Made by a program: the position numbers and the translations under genes
Shown: positions 12,401 through 24,700 of the stretch, in pieces
Layout: every line of letters starts with the position of its first letter
How positions within the stretch are numbered: position 1 is the stretch's first letter
The notes under the pieces: model-generated
The model's database searches: none
The model's input: only the letters and a program-made list of their open reading frames with translations
What the model was told of the DNA's origin: nothing
NCBI RefSeq assembly: GCF_037042905.1
Contig: NC_087251.1
Location: 6,388,001-6,452,000 of the forward strand
Length of the DNA stretch: 64,000 nt
Origin: Lytechinus pictus
Lineage: Eukaryota
Direction of reading: 5' to 3'

Positions 12401-15400
12401 AATGGATAAACAGCAGAATAAAACTTAATGTAGCTATATATCCATAAATAAAAGTTTTCTGTTCTAGCTATGGTCTAATAAGAAAAAAAAATCAATAACA
12501 AAGACTGTGGAGGTAAAATTTTCTGATATTTCTGGCATAGCCCTTCATGGAAGGAATGACAATATTTATTGAGTGTCAATATATAAACAATAGCAAAGTG
12601 CACCAAAGTGGTCACAAAGCAACAGGATATAAAATTATACCCCTAACTTGACGTAATAACACATCAGAGAAGAGAAAAATAAAAAGAGTAAGAAAGAAAA
12701 AAAAACAAGATGGCAAAAAAAGAAAAAAGGAGATACAATACAAGAGTAGGAACAATACTATTGTAAGAAGAACAGAAAAATAAATAAAAGAATACAAAAA
12801 TAAAGGAATAAAGTAAATGAGAGAAAGATCAAATGAAACGAGAAAAGTAAGAATAGAAAAGAAAAAAGGAAATGAAAGAAAGAAAGAAAATAGAAATACA
12901 ATTCTCATCTTAATTCATTACCTACAGTCAGACCTATGAACAAACCACTGACTGACAGCATATAAATGTTCAACAAACACTACAACATCTAACACAACCT
13001 AAAATATAACTGGTTAGATTTCAAATTGTTTGCCAATATTTTTTAAACCACATAGCCTAAGTTGGAATAAGAAATATAAAACAAGATGTAAATTTATATT
13101 AATTTCTTCCTTCATTACAGCCCTACAGATTATGACGAACCCTCTAAGCTCTTGCTCTATACAGAGCTGCCAACCTTGTGCAAGCAAAAAAAGGAATCAT
13201 TATGGCCAAAAAAAGGAATTTCCAACAAAAAAAAAGGAATGTGTTAAAACAAACCTTAAAACCACATGTGACAAACATCCAATGCAAAAAGTATGTATGC
13301 AGTGAACAATAAAAAAAAATTAATCTCTAGGCCTAGTCTGGGCTAAGTAACAGAGTGTTACAAATTGGACCCTTAGTCTTGGGCCTGTTTTTGACAAAAT
13401 CTACCAACTTTAATTAAGTCAGTAGCAGGGCTCGAATTAAGAATTGAGAGGGGCAAGGCCATTTTTAAAAGGGCACTTTCAGCTTGGGGCAACCGGCAAA
13501 GTGGCATTGGATGCCCCAAAATTTTAAGGGGCATCAATGCCATTCTAAAGGGCATGAAGGCCACTTTTATTCTAGTCAAAAGGGCACCAAGGCAAATTTT
13601 TCAAATAAAGACAAGTAGGACTTTAATTTTGTAGTGCAACCTACTCCGGCACTTCCTTATCAGAGTAAAGATCTGTCGAGAAAAATTCTTTCAGGGGCAC
13701 CAAAATCAGTTCTGGTGAACATTTTTAAGGCTCCATTTTTCTGGGGCTACCTTTCCACTTTTAAAATACATTGTTTTGTGTTGAGTTTCATGACAAACTA
13801 CCAAATTGTAGACTAAGAGAAATTAAAAAAAAGTTCACATCAATTCAGACTTCTCTTCCCAAGTAACATTGTTTTTGCCAAACAGTACTCTTTAAAAAAG
13901 TGTCATAAAATTGAAGTACCGTAACATTCCACAAATATAAAAAATTATTCATAAATCCCACTGCACGCACAGTCAATCATCCCCAGCAGTGACAGCACTA
14001 TAGAGCAGACATCTAGGCCGCCAGAACCGGGGAAGAAATCTTCCCATTCCTGCTAAACTGAATGCTACATTGCCGACTTTTTAAAAGAATTCCAAAAGCA
14101 GTAGGACATCTTTCCAGCATGAATCATGTGAAACTATCAATAAATGTTGAATATCACCCAGAATTAGTACTTCAGGGGACAATGAAGAGCTTTCCATGTC
14201 TTTTCAAAGCCGAATTTATCGTATTTGTTTGATACGAGTCGATGAAAATTAACCAGACAGTACCATTATCCGAAGGGAATTTATGTTAATCAATTCAAGA
14301 AAATAGCCTTAAAATTTCATTTCTTAATCACCACAATTAATTTAAAAGTATATGAAAAATATCTTTAGATGATTCCATCTTTAATATATATGGTGAGTAT
14401 TTTTGTAAAAATTTGCAAATGGAATAATAATTTCCCTCAAACCTCCAAATCCCCCTCCATTATAAATGGACTCTTCTCTTACTACATTTGGGGAATTACC
14501 CTACCCAATTCATCGTATTCCTCGCTCTGTGCTAGCTGCAGAACGAACGTTGGCTCCACTCACCTGAAGAGTGTTGGCCCGTGCGTAAAGACAACGTATT
14601 AGGAGTAGCGTTAGATCTATCATTCGGCGGAAATCCGATTTTCGGATCGTTTTTTTGTACATAAAACATCACTTTATAAGAAAGAAATTACATGCAAATT
14701 TAAGATAAGATATATAAAATTCAGAAATATCGTACCTTAGACTGCAGTTACTGCTACTTCCTTTCAAATGATGATCAAAACATAATCATCCTCGATCATT
14801 TCGTTGGTCATCGTAAGTTGCCATCTTGGATGACGTCATCATCCTTACAGACGTATTTACCAGTCGCTATACATCGCGATTCGTGCCATGCATGCCGCTC
14901 GCATGTTCAACTATAAACGTATATGTACGCGCGCGCTATCAAATTATTAAAGTGCGTTGGAAAACCGGCCGGCGGGCGACTACGCACGCGCAAGTACCAG
15001 GCTCATCTCGGGCTCAACATGCACTACACATACATACAATTATGTACACACATTATCAAAATTGTCAAAAAACGTAATTTGAAAAGAAAAACCATAATGC
15101 AGTAATTTGAATGAAAAAATGTAATGATTACGGCGAAAACGTAATGGTTGGCAGCTCTGTCTATACCATTATAATTCACAGTTTGTGTTGTATTTGTAAC
15201 AGTAAGCCTTGGTCCTTGTAAAAAATTTGCATTGTGTGCATGCACAAATACACACACACACACACATCGAGACACTGAGGCTGAGCCTGATCTGAGGTAA
15301 AGAGAACTAGGGGTCATTCCATGTCAAATCACCCAAATAAATTGAAAATTTTAAACCAACCATTTTTTATTTTGACAAAAATTGGTATAGTTGTTTAATG

Positions 15401-18400
15401 TGATCCCACAGTACTAAATTTAAAATTTTCGTTCAATTTGGTCAGGGGTTCACGAGATACAGCCCGTTGAATATCAAGATTTCGGTAAAAATGGACGTGC
15501 CTGCATACCTTTAAACCCTTGTATCTCAAAAACCACTGGGCCAGTTTTCACAAGATGGGTATTGTTGGACAGGCTGGCATGTCGTCAGTGTTTTGGTTTG
15601 AAGGAAAGTACTTACGACGTGCCCGCCAATCATCGCAATCAAACTCTAGTCTTTTACCTTTCTTTATACATGTATCCAGCTCTGTGTATGATAATCATGA
15701 TGGGTAATGTTACTGTTGTGGCGACGCATTCTGGTACTCTGTTCTATTTGCGAATCATTTTCTATAATAATCATTCTTATTAGGTGGTCTGTCTATGACA
15801 GATCACCTCTTAATTTCATCAGAATTTTCTTTATTTTTTTTCGCACCTATGCTTGTCGCCAACTTTTCTCCAAATCGGCTGTATTAATTTCGCTGAATTT
15901 TTCGTCATATATAGAGTCTATCATAGAGACGCCCTACGTAGCTTTTCAAGGTCATCTGGTCATGATTACGTCATCTTTGTAAAATTCTTAATTTGATCAT
16001 ATCTACATAACGAATAATCAATAGTCAATCATATTTACATCAAATAAACTTTAGGTCAAGGGTCGTCTGTCAATGTCATTAAAGGTCATGTAAGTGTCAT
16101 GACGCGTCAAAATTAAAAAATGCTCGAAATTGCCTATAATTAATTTTGGGTACGTTTCAGGTCATTTTAAGCATTTCAACGCAAGAAAACGTGCGCGTGT
16201 TTTAGTGCGTAATGGCGTTACACAGCATAAATTCACTGTTTTTTCTATGCGTATCTATTATTGATATAATTCTGATCAAATTGATATCTCAATCAGCTCT
16301 CTACGATCATTAATGAGGGAATGAGCACCCATTAAAGTTTGCAGCACGTGTGCACGCGAGCTCTTTCCATAGGCTCTATATGAGCAAAAACATGCCTATT
16401 AAAAATTCACTGTAGCTCTTCAGAACGAATGGGGACCCCCAATTTTTTTTCATATTTCGATAGAGTATGAATCATACATATGATTTCATGTCTCATTGGA
16501 CCCTAACATATATTATGACGTCATCAAAATTGCGTCGGAAGTCAAAATATCCATTTTGCGTGTTATGACATCATAATAATTATGCAAATTTGGCTCTAAC
16601 TCCGTGAATATTGATCAATTTTCGCCTAATTTTGAATATGTTGTAGCTTAGGTCTTATTCTTTCTAAGTTATCGCCTTTATTTTTCATTTTAATAAACGG
16701 ATCATCCTGAAAAATTGCAAATAATAAAGGCATGTCATTTTTACTCATTTTGTGTGTAATATCTATGGGACATGACTCTTTCTCAAATCTAGATTCTACA
16801 TTCCTCTATTTCGCGAGCCATATCTCAATTTTTTCTTGTCAGTTATCCCTGAGCTTTTAGTATGTCTTAGCTGACATTCTAAGCTTTCGTGAGTGTTGCC
16901 TTCATTTTCCGATCAGATGCCGGGATCATGCCCGTATTTCGATCACTTGCAAAAGTGGATTTGAGATTCTCGTATTTTGCATACGTGTAAAGTCTATTGG
17001 AAATATTGTAGCTCAATTGGTAAGGTGTCAGACTTGCATCTCATTCAGTCATGCGGGCAGGGGTTCGAGTCCGAGGGTGAACATGTTTTCGTTTTTTTTA
17101 CTATCTTGCGCACGATCATTTATAAGAATTCCAATTAATAATAGTTAAAATATTGCAAAATCAAACAGATTATAATTACTTTTTTTCATATTATATCTAT
17201 CTAATCATATCCGTCTATCTATCCGCTATCTATGTTATAAATCTATCTATCTTTCTATCTATCTGTCTGTCTACCTATCTCTCTGTCTAATAAAATATAT
17301 ATCTATCTGTTTGAATATGTCTATCTTTCTACAGTAGAGGCGCACGGCCAATTATGGGAGACTCTCTCCAATAGGGGAGACAATCTCCCACATTGGAGAC
17401 TTGCTTTGCAAAAGGACAAAAGAAACAACACCAACAAAAGCATGATTTTTTCCACCCAAAATTTTGTCTCACTGAGGTCAGAAGCCCATTTGTTTTGTGT
17501 GTGATTGACAACAAAAATCCTTATCAAAACAAAAGTAGATGGTGAATATTTAAAGTAGACGGTGAAAAGGGGTAATTTTACATGAGGAATCTGCTTATCA
17601 CATTTTTATTTGCCGCCAAGGTAATCCTTTTGCAGCAAATGTAAACAAAGGAAATTAGACTCCAAAACTGGAGACTGTCTCTGAAATTGGATACCCAAAT
17701 TCTTTACAAAAGTCTCTGATATTGGAGATAATCTCCCACATTGGAGACAGTCTCCAATATTGGCCGTGCGCCTCTACTGTTCTATATCTATAATATATGT
17801 CTGTCTGTTTATCTATCTATCTATCTGTCTATCTATTAGACCAAAAGCTTCAGTCTCTGTATTTTGGTTGTTCCGCTGAACTGCGTTGGCTCACTCAATG
17901 GGGATTATAGTAAAATGTCAGAAATTGTTGAATAAATCCCCAGAAACGACGGTTATTCCTGTCTATCTATCTATCTACCTACATGATATATCTATCTATC
18001 TTTCTTTCTTTCTTTCTATCTATCTGTATGTCTGTCTGTCAGAGATGCAATATATTTTGTTAAAACTTTTTGTCTTAAACTTTTTTTAGGAGCCCCCCAA
18101 AAAAAGAGGCGAGTAGGTGACCCGACAAATAATACAATTCAAATTCCCAAATTTTCTTTGAATACCGCTTTCATAATTATTTTTCAAATGTGCTCGAAAT
18201 AGCGAAATTGTTATCCTTCACTTATCAAGTTATGATTATGTATTCCTGAGTAAGCTGTCAACAATAACAACAGCCCAACAACACAAACACGCATATGTGG
18301 GACCGAATCATGTGCTGACGTGGATCCATGCGTGTGCTGAGCTGGCTGGTACGGTAGGCTTGGATTCTACAAAAGGATAAATACCTGAATTTCCACTGCG

Positions 18401-18493
18401 ATTTCTACGTCGGTTGTACATGCTCTCTTCGTTAACAACTATAACTGCCAAAGCAACGCCGATTGCTACGAGAACAGATGGCCAACCCGCCAT
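412..18493 (-). CDS. B3GALNT2: UDP-GalNAc:beta-1,3-N-acetylgalactosaminyltransferase 2, 5' part; remaining exons lie left of the window
   Basis: Phase-consistent GT-AG exons: 18493-18385 (MAGWPSVLVAIGVALAVIVV signal anchor), 12388-12256 (CDIFIGILSARDHFEHRKAIRETWLGY), 11114-11014 (KFVVGNHSCHLPPEYRRDPYSCTPLNI), 5597-5509, 4906-4805 (VHYPIILHKLGVFD), 4181-4086 (VSARFSPEQPG..VEPYLLPK), 3648-3535 (GFEGTIV..NNGGGVI), 961-856 (GNFIYNI), 595-412 ([24 protein letters not shown]). These match B3GALNT2 motifs as I recall them ([32 protein letters not shown]). A possible extra exon lies at 14671-14564. Confidence 0.9.
1641..3560. repeat. 60-bp minisatellite, 32 units, overlapping the 3' end and splice donor of a B3GALNT2 exon
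   Basis: Unit TAGTTCTATAACACCCCCTTTTTATTGGATAATGTAAGATTCACCAAGCTTTACCTGTTG repeats in exact 60-nt register with substitutions only. Confidence 0.98.
5969..10958 (-). mobile_element. Non-autonomous Helentron-associated (HINE/DINE-1-like) element with internal 153-163-bp tandem repeats, split by a LINE
   Basis: Subterminal inverted repeats GTCTCACCTGCAT (5992-6004) / ATGCAGGTGAGAC (10941-10953), an adjacent partial IR, a (GCC)n tract, an A/T-run end and internal TGACCTTTGACC-rich units. A second copy lies in the opposite orientation at 56702-57900. Confidence 0.7.
6613..10165 (+). mobile_element. 5'-truncated, disrupted L1/Tx1-clade non-LTR retrotransposon (APE endonuclease C-terminus, RT, CCHC finger)
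   Basis: Motifs SRLDYWLIS..CDHNAI (endonuclease), KAPGCDGL..EFY, WRPISLLN.DYKIL, GVRQGCPLS, LADDT, KYLGV, CNHC..ETLDHVLLHC. In-frame TAG at 7840-7842 and a frameshift near 8830. AATAAA plus poly(A) ends at 10165. TSD TGTCTATGTTTT at 6601-6612 and 10166-10177. Confidence 0.93.
11790..12030 (+). mobile_element. 5'-truncated SINE fragment, same family as 34836-35110
   Basis: Shares GTGTCAATC.ACACT..CC..GG..CTAA.TGGGTAC and GGATCCAATG..GGTA.TA blocks with the copy at 34836. Confidence 0.5.
14815..15010 (-). promoter_or_regulatory. CpG-rich promoter-like island inside B3GALNT2 intron 1
   Basis: Locally high CpG; YY1-type CAAGATGGC on the minus strand (14820-14828); perfect CRE TGACGTCA (14831-14838). 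Confidence 0.4.
15781..17100 (+). mobile_element. Probable degenerate HINE-like repeat followed by a tRNA-like (A/B box) segment
   Basis: Starts with the hairpin AGGTGGTCTGTC-TAT-GACAGATCACCT. A-box TAGCTCAATTGG and B-box GTTCGAGTCC lie at about 17008-17072. No clear 3' terminus was found. Confidence 0.35.
17200..18040. repeat. Degenerate (TATC/TGTC)n microsatellite tracts
   Basis: Visible TATC/TGTC arrays flank the MITE at 17332-17779. Confidence 0.8.
17332..17779. mobile_element. MITE with CAGT termini (Tc1/mariner-like)
   Basis: TIRs CAGTAGAGGCGCACGGCCAAT / ATTGGCCGTGCGCCTCTACTG; internal repeated TTGGAGAC.RTCTCC motifs. Confidence 0.8.
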
Positions 18494-18757
18494 TTTAAAT
18501 GTTTTTCATCTGGTAGTCGCGATAAATAAATCTGACATGGAGTGGGATGGGCGCAGACATTTTCCCGGAGCTTCATAGCTAGCTGACAAGGCATAATTTC
18601 GAGGGGCGCGCTCGCTGAGGTCACCTGACATTTGACAAGCTGCATGTTGCGCTGTTGCGCAACACTCAAAATTAACAATCCCTCGATCGACACACATGCA
18701 CAGCTAGCTAGCAATACTAGCATAACATTGTTAGAACTTAGATGTTGATGGATCAAC
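18494..18757. promoter_or_regulatory. Bidirectional promoter between B3GALNT2 and the F-box/WD gene
   Basis: Divergent ATGs at 18493 (-) and 18758 (+) are 264 bp apart. The interval is CpG-enriched and a YY1-type AAAATGGCGG overlaps the B3GALNT2 start. Confidence 0.7.
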
Positions 18758-21700
18758 ATGGTGAGTTTTGAAGATCAACTACTAAAGCTCGCTTCCTGGT
18801 TTGATGAATGCTCACAAAAACAACAGAATCAAATTCTGAAGCTGTTATTTTCAAAGTGCAAGGTAAACTAAAAAGTGGTTCTCCACCGGCCGGCAGGCAT
18901 GGCAGGGGCCCGTTTATCAACACCTGGCCCTGGGCCAGGGGGCCGTTTCATAAAGCTGTTCGTAAGTTAAGAGCGACTTTAAGAACGACTGGTGATCCTT
19001 TATTGTGGTAAATGGTATTGAATTGGCGATGGTTACGTGCGTAAGAAAGGTTCACCAGTCGTTCTTAAAGTCGCTCTTATTTGAGTCTTAACTTACGAAC
19101 AGCTTTATGAAACACCCACCCGGACAAGTTATCTATCCCTAAAAAAGTCCAGGGGGGGCCACTTACATTGACGAGTGGATACCATGCGGGACCAAAAAAA
19201 CACGTAAAAAGGATATCTTTTTGAAGATGATAAGGGTGTCAAAAACAAAAATAAGGAAAAAAGGGTATCTATTTCGCGAGGAAAAATACGTGTTTAGGGT
19301 TAAATTTGTGGAGATGATAAAACAAAATTAAAATGTTGTATGAAGGATGTCCCTTTTGCCCCAAAATTACGTGTTTAGAGTCCGATTTGCGCGAGGTGAG
19401 GAAGGTGGGGCCGTACTAAACCAAATGGACCCAAATGGGGTGTATAAAAGGCAAAACCGAGGACCGATCGACGGACCCGTGACACAACAATAAAATATCG
19501 CTGTACTTGTGTAGGGCCTAGGGGTTCATTTCAGGGAATACTTACCAAGAGTATCGTTTCGTTTCCAATACTCGTTAAGGGTAGGGTTTCAGACGCCAAT
19601 ACTTGTTAAGGGGTGCATTTTCAGAATAAGGAAAATACGTGTTTGGGGTGCTTTTCAAGACCCCATGGTCGCGCATGGTATCCACTCGTCAATGGAAGTG
19701 GCCCCCCCGGGAAAAAAGTACCATACAGTACCATGGTATACTATGGTATTACCATATATAGTATACTATGGTATCTTTATCCACCAACCACGGAGTTAGT
19801 TCCAATCTTACTAAACCTGTTTCACGAAAGGCTTCCTAACTAGAATACCTTGATATCGATACTATCGGTAAAAAGAGCAGACGAGATGTAGCCTTAGGCT
19901 TAGTCACAAAATAGCATAATTTTCAAAAAGAAAAATTATGACAAAATTGCAAATATTGTGATGAATTGGGAAATACATCTTTTCAAAATAATAGCACAGG
20001 TAAATTAGTATCATACATATTTAATTTAGACCATGAAGACTGGAGAAATCAATTGCTGAGAAAATTAAATTATCAATAATTCATTTCATGACTAAAAAAT
20101 CACACATGGACGTTGAGATGGGAACCCCCGGAATATTCAATTTTAATAATAGTTTACGAAAGTAAACCATAATACGGTTTTCTTTGTAAAATGATGATAA
20201 TTATACGGTATTTTATGATTGCAAACATCAAAATATAGTTTAATATAAACTGCTTAAATCTTTGATACCAAAACATATGATTTTACGAATTCTATGCCTA
20301 AATTAGATAGAATTTATCAAAATGTTAATAGGGGTCTGAAAACGACGAATACGAGTTCAGTTATGGATGGCCTGACGTGGTAGAATCTTTATCGGTTAAA
20401 TTATTCTGCTATTTCAAAATGAATGGTTTTGTGGTGTTTTACCAATAGTTTTATAGTTTCTTTGTATTACAATTATCATTGAATGCATTATCCCACTTGT
20501 TTTGTGATGTAATTTTTTACCTCTATGATTGATTATGTAAGATTATAATTTTCATATTTCTAGGCACTTTTGCATGTCATAGTCTACCCACGTGATGTCA
20601 CTAAGAAAGAAGTTATGACAGGTTCGGAGTTGTCATAAATATTTAGTGAGGTTGTTGTTCCCAAACTTGGCAAAGAGGGCTTTGTGAAACCGTTAGCAGA
20701 CAAGTAGCTCACTATCTCCGATTTAGTCAAGAAGTTAGACTTATGACGGTGTTGAGAAACGGGCCCCAGACTCAGAATAGGCCTAGTCAAAACAAAACAA
20801 TTACCTAGCAGTTTTTCTACCTTTGAGTTCTCAACACCAAGTGTCTACCAAGGAGACTACTAGGGCAAACGAACAATAACAACAAGGCCTAGTCCAGATG
20901 AGTAATTCATGAAAAGTCAAATGATAAAAATAACCAGGGGGCCATTTCGTAAAGCTGGTCAGGCTGTTCGTAAGTTAAGAATGACCTAGTTTTGTGGTAA
21001 ATGATATTCACCATTTAATGTTCATTGGTGATTATTAAGCACTGTTGTAAATTAAGAGTGATTTTAAGAACGACTGCATGGTGAACATTTCTTATGACAT
21101 TATCAGTGCAACTATAGCAACTTTCAATATTCATATTGCCTCATAGTCATACGTACATGAAGCTCAAAGTTTTCTGCTCGTGCTCCAGGCTCCCGCATTT
21201 TGTTGCTATTTTTAAAAAGTGCATTCAACAGAAAAGATTTTGATCTAATTCCTTGATTTTGAATTGGATAATTCCAAGGAATGTCTATGAATTTCAGGAA
21301 ATTTGAGATTCAGGTATGGGAAATTTGTTTTGGATTTGTGGAATACTGGAAATTACATGATTTTTTAAAAAATAACTAATCAAAAGTCTTTACTCAGGAC
21401 CGGGCCTTGATGAACTAGAATTTGCTATTTTTTTTGGTTTTGTGATTATATCTGATCAGTCAAAACTTGACTAGACTATTTACCAATACAATTTTTTTAT
21501 GTAGTGTAAGTTGATAAGCTTTATAATAAGTTGATTGTTTCAGTCTCTTGGTATTCAAGCCACAGACCTCGGGATCAGTTCTTAACCTCCCCATGTAACT
21601 CACACTTTACAGGCATACTGCAATGGACAGTTTTCAATAGGGGTTTGGAGATCCCCGGGATAGACATTCTTTTATTTCTATTTTGGGGGATAGGAGTTCA

Positions 21701-24700
21701 TAACATGATATTGATAGTGAAAAATGATGATAATATATGATGATTGATGATAATGATGAAAAAAGATGATGATGATAAGATAACAATCTGGTAAGGTGTG
21801 TATCTAAGATATTATATGATAGTTTCATACAGTTTGTATTAAAGTACTATTATCTTTTGATTGATATTACTATGTTATCAGCCTTTACAGATTCGTAAGG
21901 TGTGTGCTGACCTAGAAACACTGCTTGCTGTTGACGTCACTGCTTGTCTTCCACCAGAATTAATTGATCGTATATTCAGCTACCTCTCAGTCACGGACCT
22001 CTGTGAGGTTGCCAAGTGCAATGCTAGATGGAGAGAATGTGCAAACAGTGATGTACTCTGGTAAGAAACATTGAGCTAGTGAATATCTTTGAAAGCAGCC
22101 ATTTCCTTCCCTATATCTTTATTTGTTTTTTATCAATTGATATTTTATTTTTCCTTTGAAATCTCATAAATGTGAGCATTCTAGGTTGTACTGAATTTAG
22201 AATGCCCTTATCTTTGTTTTGGGGTACTATAATGCAAACTGTCTTTGTGTAAGTGATCCCAAATATGTTTTGTTTGTAATGGTGATATGTTTATACATGG
22301 TTTCAATATGACAGTTAAGTGCACAAATCTCTTCTTTTTCTCTTTGTGTATCTTTCATTCAGGTTCTATCACTGTCAGAGAAGAGGATGGCTTCATTATG
22401 GTACCATCCATGATTTGTGTCAAGAACGTCCTTTTAGCCCTAACCAGAAGAGTATTGCCAACACTTCCCCAACATTCACATTTGATTCAATTATCAACGG
22501 AGCTGGCATCACAGGTGGAGGTAAAATGCTTAACTCACAGAAAGTTTGTCTAAATTTAGTGATGTTAGTTGTGATGGTTGGAATGTGATGATGATGACAA
22601 TGACAATGACGATGATGATGATGATGATGGTGAGATGACAATGATTGTTATGATGATGATGATGGCGATGATCATTGTGGTGGTGATGGTGATAGTGATG
22701 ATGATGATAATGGTGGTGATGATGGTGATGATGATGATGATGATGGTGATGATGGTGGTGATGATGCCATGATCAGATGATGGTGGTGGTGGCGGTGGTG
22801 GTGATGGTTATGTACATGTTCACTTTTTCAAAATTTTATTGATTTTTTTTTAAAGATTATTTTGTTTTTCTTTTAATTTTAATTCATTGTTTTAAAAATT
22901 GCATTCATTTAATGCATATTGTGATGGCACTTTTTTCAATTTCTTTGATTATTTGAGCTCTATACTTATTCCTTCTTTCAGTGCCTCTGAATATTCTATC
23001 TGTACATTCTAGCAATGTTACCAGCTTAAGCTGTCAGCATTTTCTAACTCTATATTTCTAACAATAAATGGTAAAGAATTGGGAACATGCATAATATTAG
23101 TTTGGATTCCATATTCTATGATTTATGTATGTGATGTCTGTATGCAAATTTACCACTTTTTTTTTAAATAACAGGTAGTGGTTCAGATAAAAAGAGTAGC
23201 CTTCAGTCAACATGTAGATGGAAGGAGATCTATATGAGGGCTTATCATTTAAGTCTGAACTGGGCCTTAGGGAGATACAAGGTATTACCAGCCTTGAGAA
23301 GACATAGAGAGACAGTGACTTGTATGGATGCAGAAGGTAATTAGTTATGATATGTGAATTGGGTCATGTTTGGATGGATACCACATTCATTTACATGGCT
23401 ATGAAGACTTGATGGAGTAGTTTATAGTAGCAATTTGTGTTTATATTATTCATTTCAAGATGGGTGAATCAAAACCATGTTAATGACCTTTCACTCATTC
23501 AATTAATGAACTTTGGACGTGCAAACAAATTATTGAACATAAGATCTTAACATGCTGTTATGCAGCAAGTACTTTCATGATAGTAATTAGCTAGAGCTCT
23601 ACACGTGGATTATCTGTTCTAATGATTATTTGTATTCATATATTATAAAAATATGTTTGGTCCTCTCTCTTTCTTACCACTTTTGTCCAGGTATCTTGCT
23701 AGTAAGCGGTAGTAGAGATAGGACTGTAAGAGTATGGAATATATTTACATCAGAATGCATCAATGTCATAGATGCTCACACTGGTGCCGTTACTTGCCTC
23801 AAAATGAAGGTAAATAACCAACATTCAGTTTACTTCAATTCAAGTTTCTCTTTTATACTTTAAAATGAATAAAAGATGTGAATGGTTTATATCCATTACT
23901 TGCGGGACTGAGTTCACTTTGTGTATTTTCATTTTTTTTTCATGTTTGTAAGTAATACTTATCACAAGGTGAAACACATTTGATTGATTCTCATTGGATC
24001 TGGATCTAGAATTATATAATGCAGGGCCTCTTTGGATCTTGAAGCAATGTATGAGAGATGATGCAATGATGCTTAGGAGGTTCTATTGATAACCTTATAG
24101 ATTGGAGAAAAAATATTGTCATGAAAAACGTGTGCCAGATTGTCAAAAACTAAAGGTTAATCACTTGATAAATATATATATATGTTCCACAACTTGCATC
24201 AATCATTTTCGTTTATCCCACTAACCCCCCCCCCCCCCCCCCTCCCCTACCAGAATGGTTTGATTGTGACAGGCTGTTCTGATAGATTGCTTCGAGTGTT
24301 TGAGATAGGATCAGGGAAGTGTTTGAAGTCACTTGAAGGTCATACAGGGTCAGTAGATCATGTATGCTTCCAACATGACTTCATCATCAGTGCATCAAGT
24401 GATAGGTAAGTATCTCTTAGTACACCCCCCAAAACAAATAGACAAAAAGTAAGTAAATAAATAAATAAATAAATAATAAATAAATAAAAAGATAAAAATA
24501 AATAAAGAAATAGTATTAATAATGATGTTAATAATATACATAATCATCATCATCATTGCTGTTGTTGTTATTATTATTGATATTATTTATGAAATAAAAA
24601 TGAAATCAAAATCTCTTTAAATTGTGCTCATGTAATTCAGTAAAATTCAAAGTGTTTATATAGTTGGCATGTTTTAATGGGATATGGTATTATACTCTGA

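Noticed and set aside
12612..12908. 98-aa Phe/Leu-rich ORF
   Set aside because: Translation of a low-complexity purine-rich intronic tract.
12922..12998. Candidate B3GALNT2 start exon (MLSVSGLFIGLTV, AG/GT borders, minus strand)
   Set aside because: It is 77 nt and breaks frame if internal, and a better signal-anchor exon exists at 18493-18385. Minor use cannot be excluded.
17005..17083. tRNA gene (also 34836, 45802 and 51084)
   Set aside because: A/B boxes are present but I could not build a full cloverleaf, and two copies continue into SINE bodies.
22578..22772. Poly-Asp/Met ORF and the antisense poly-His ORF
   Set aside because: Artefacts of the (GAT)n microsatellite.
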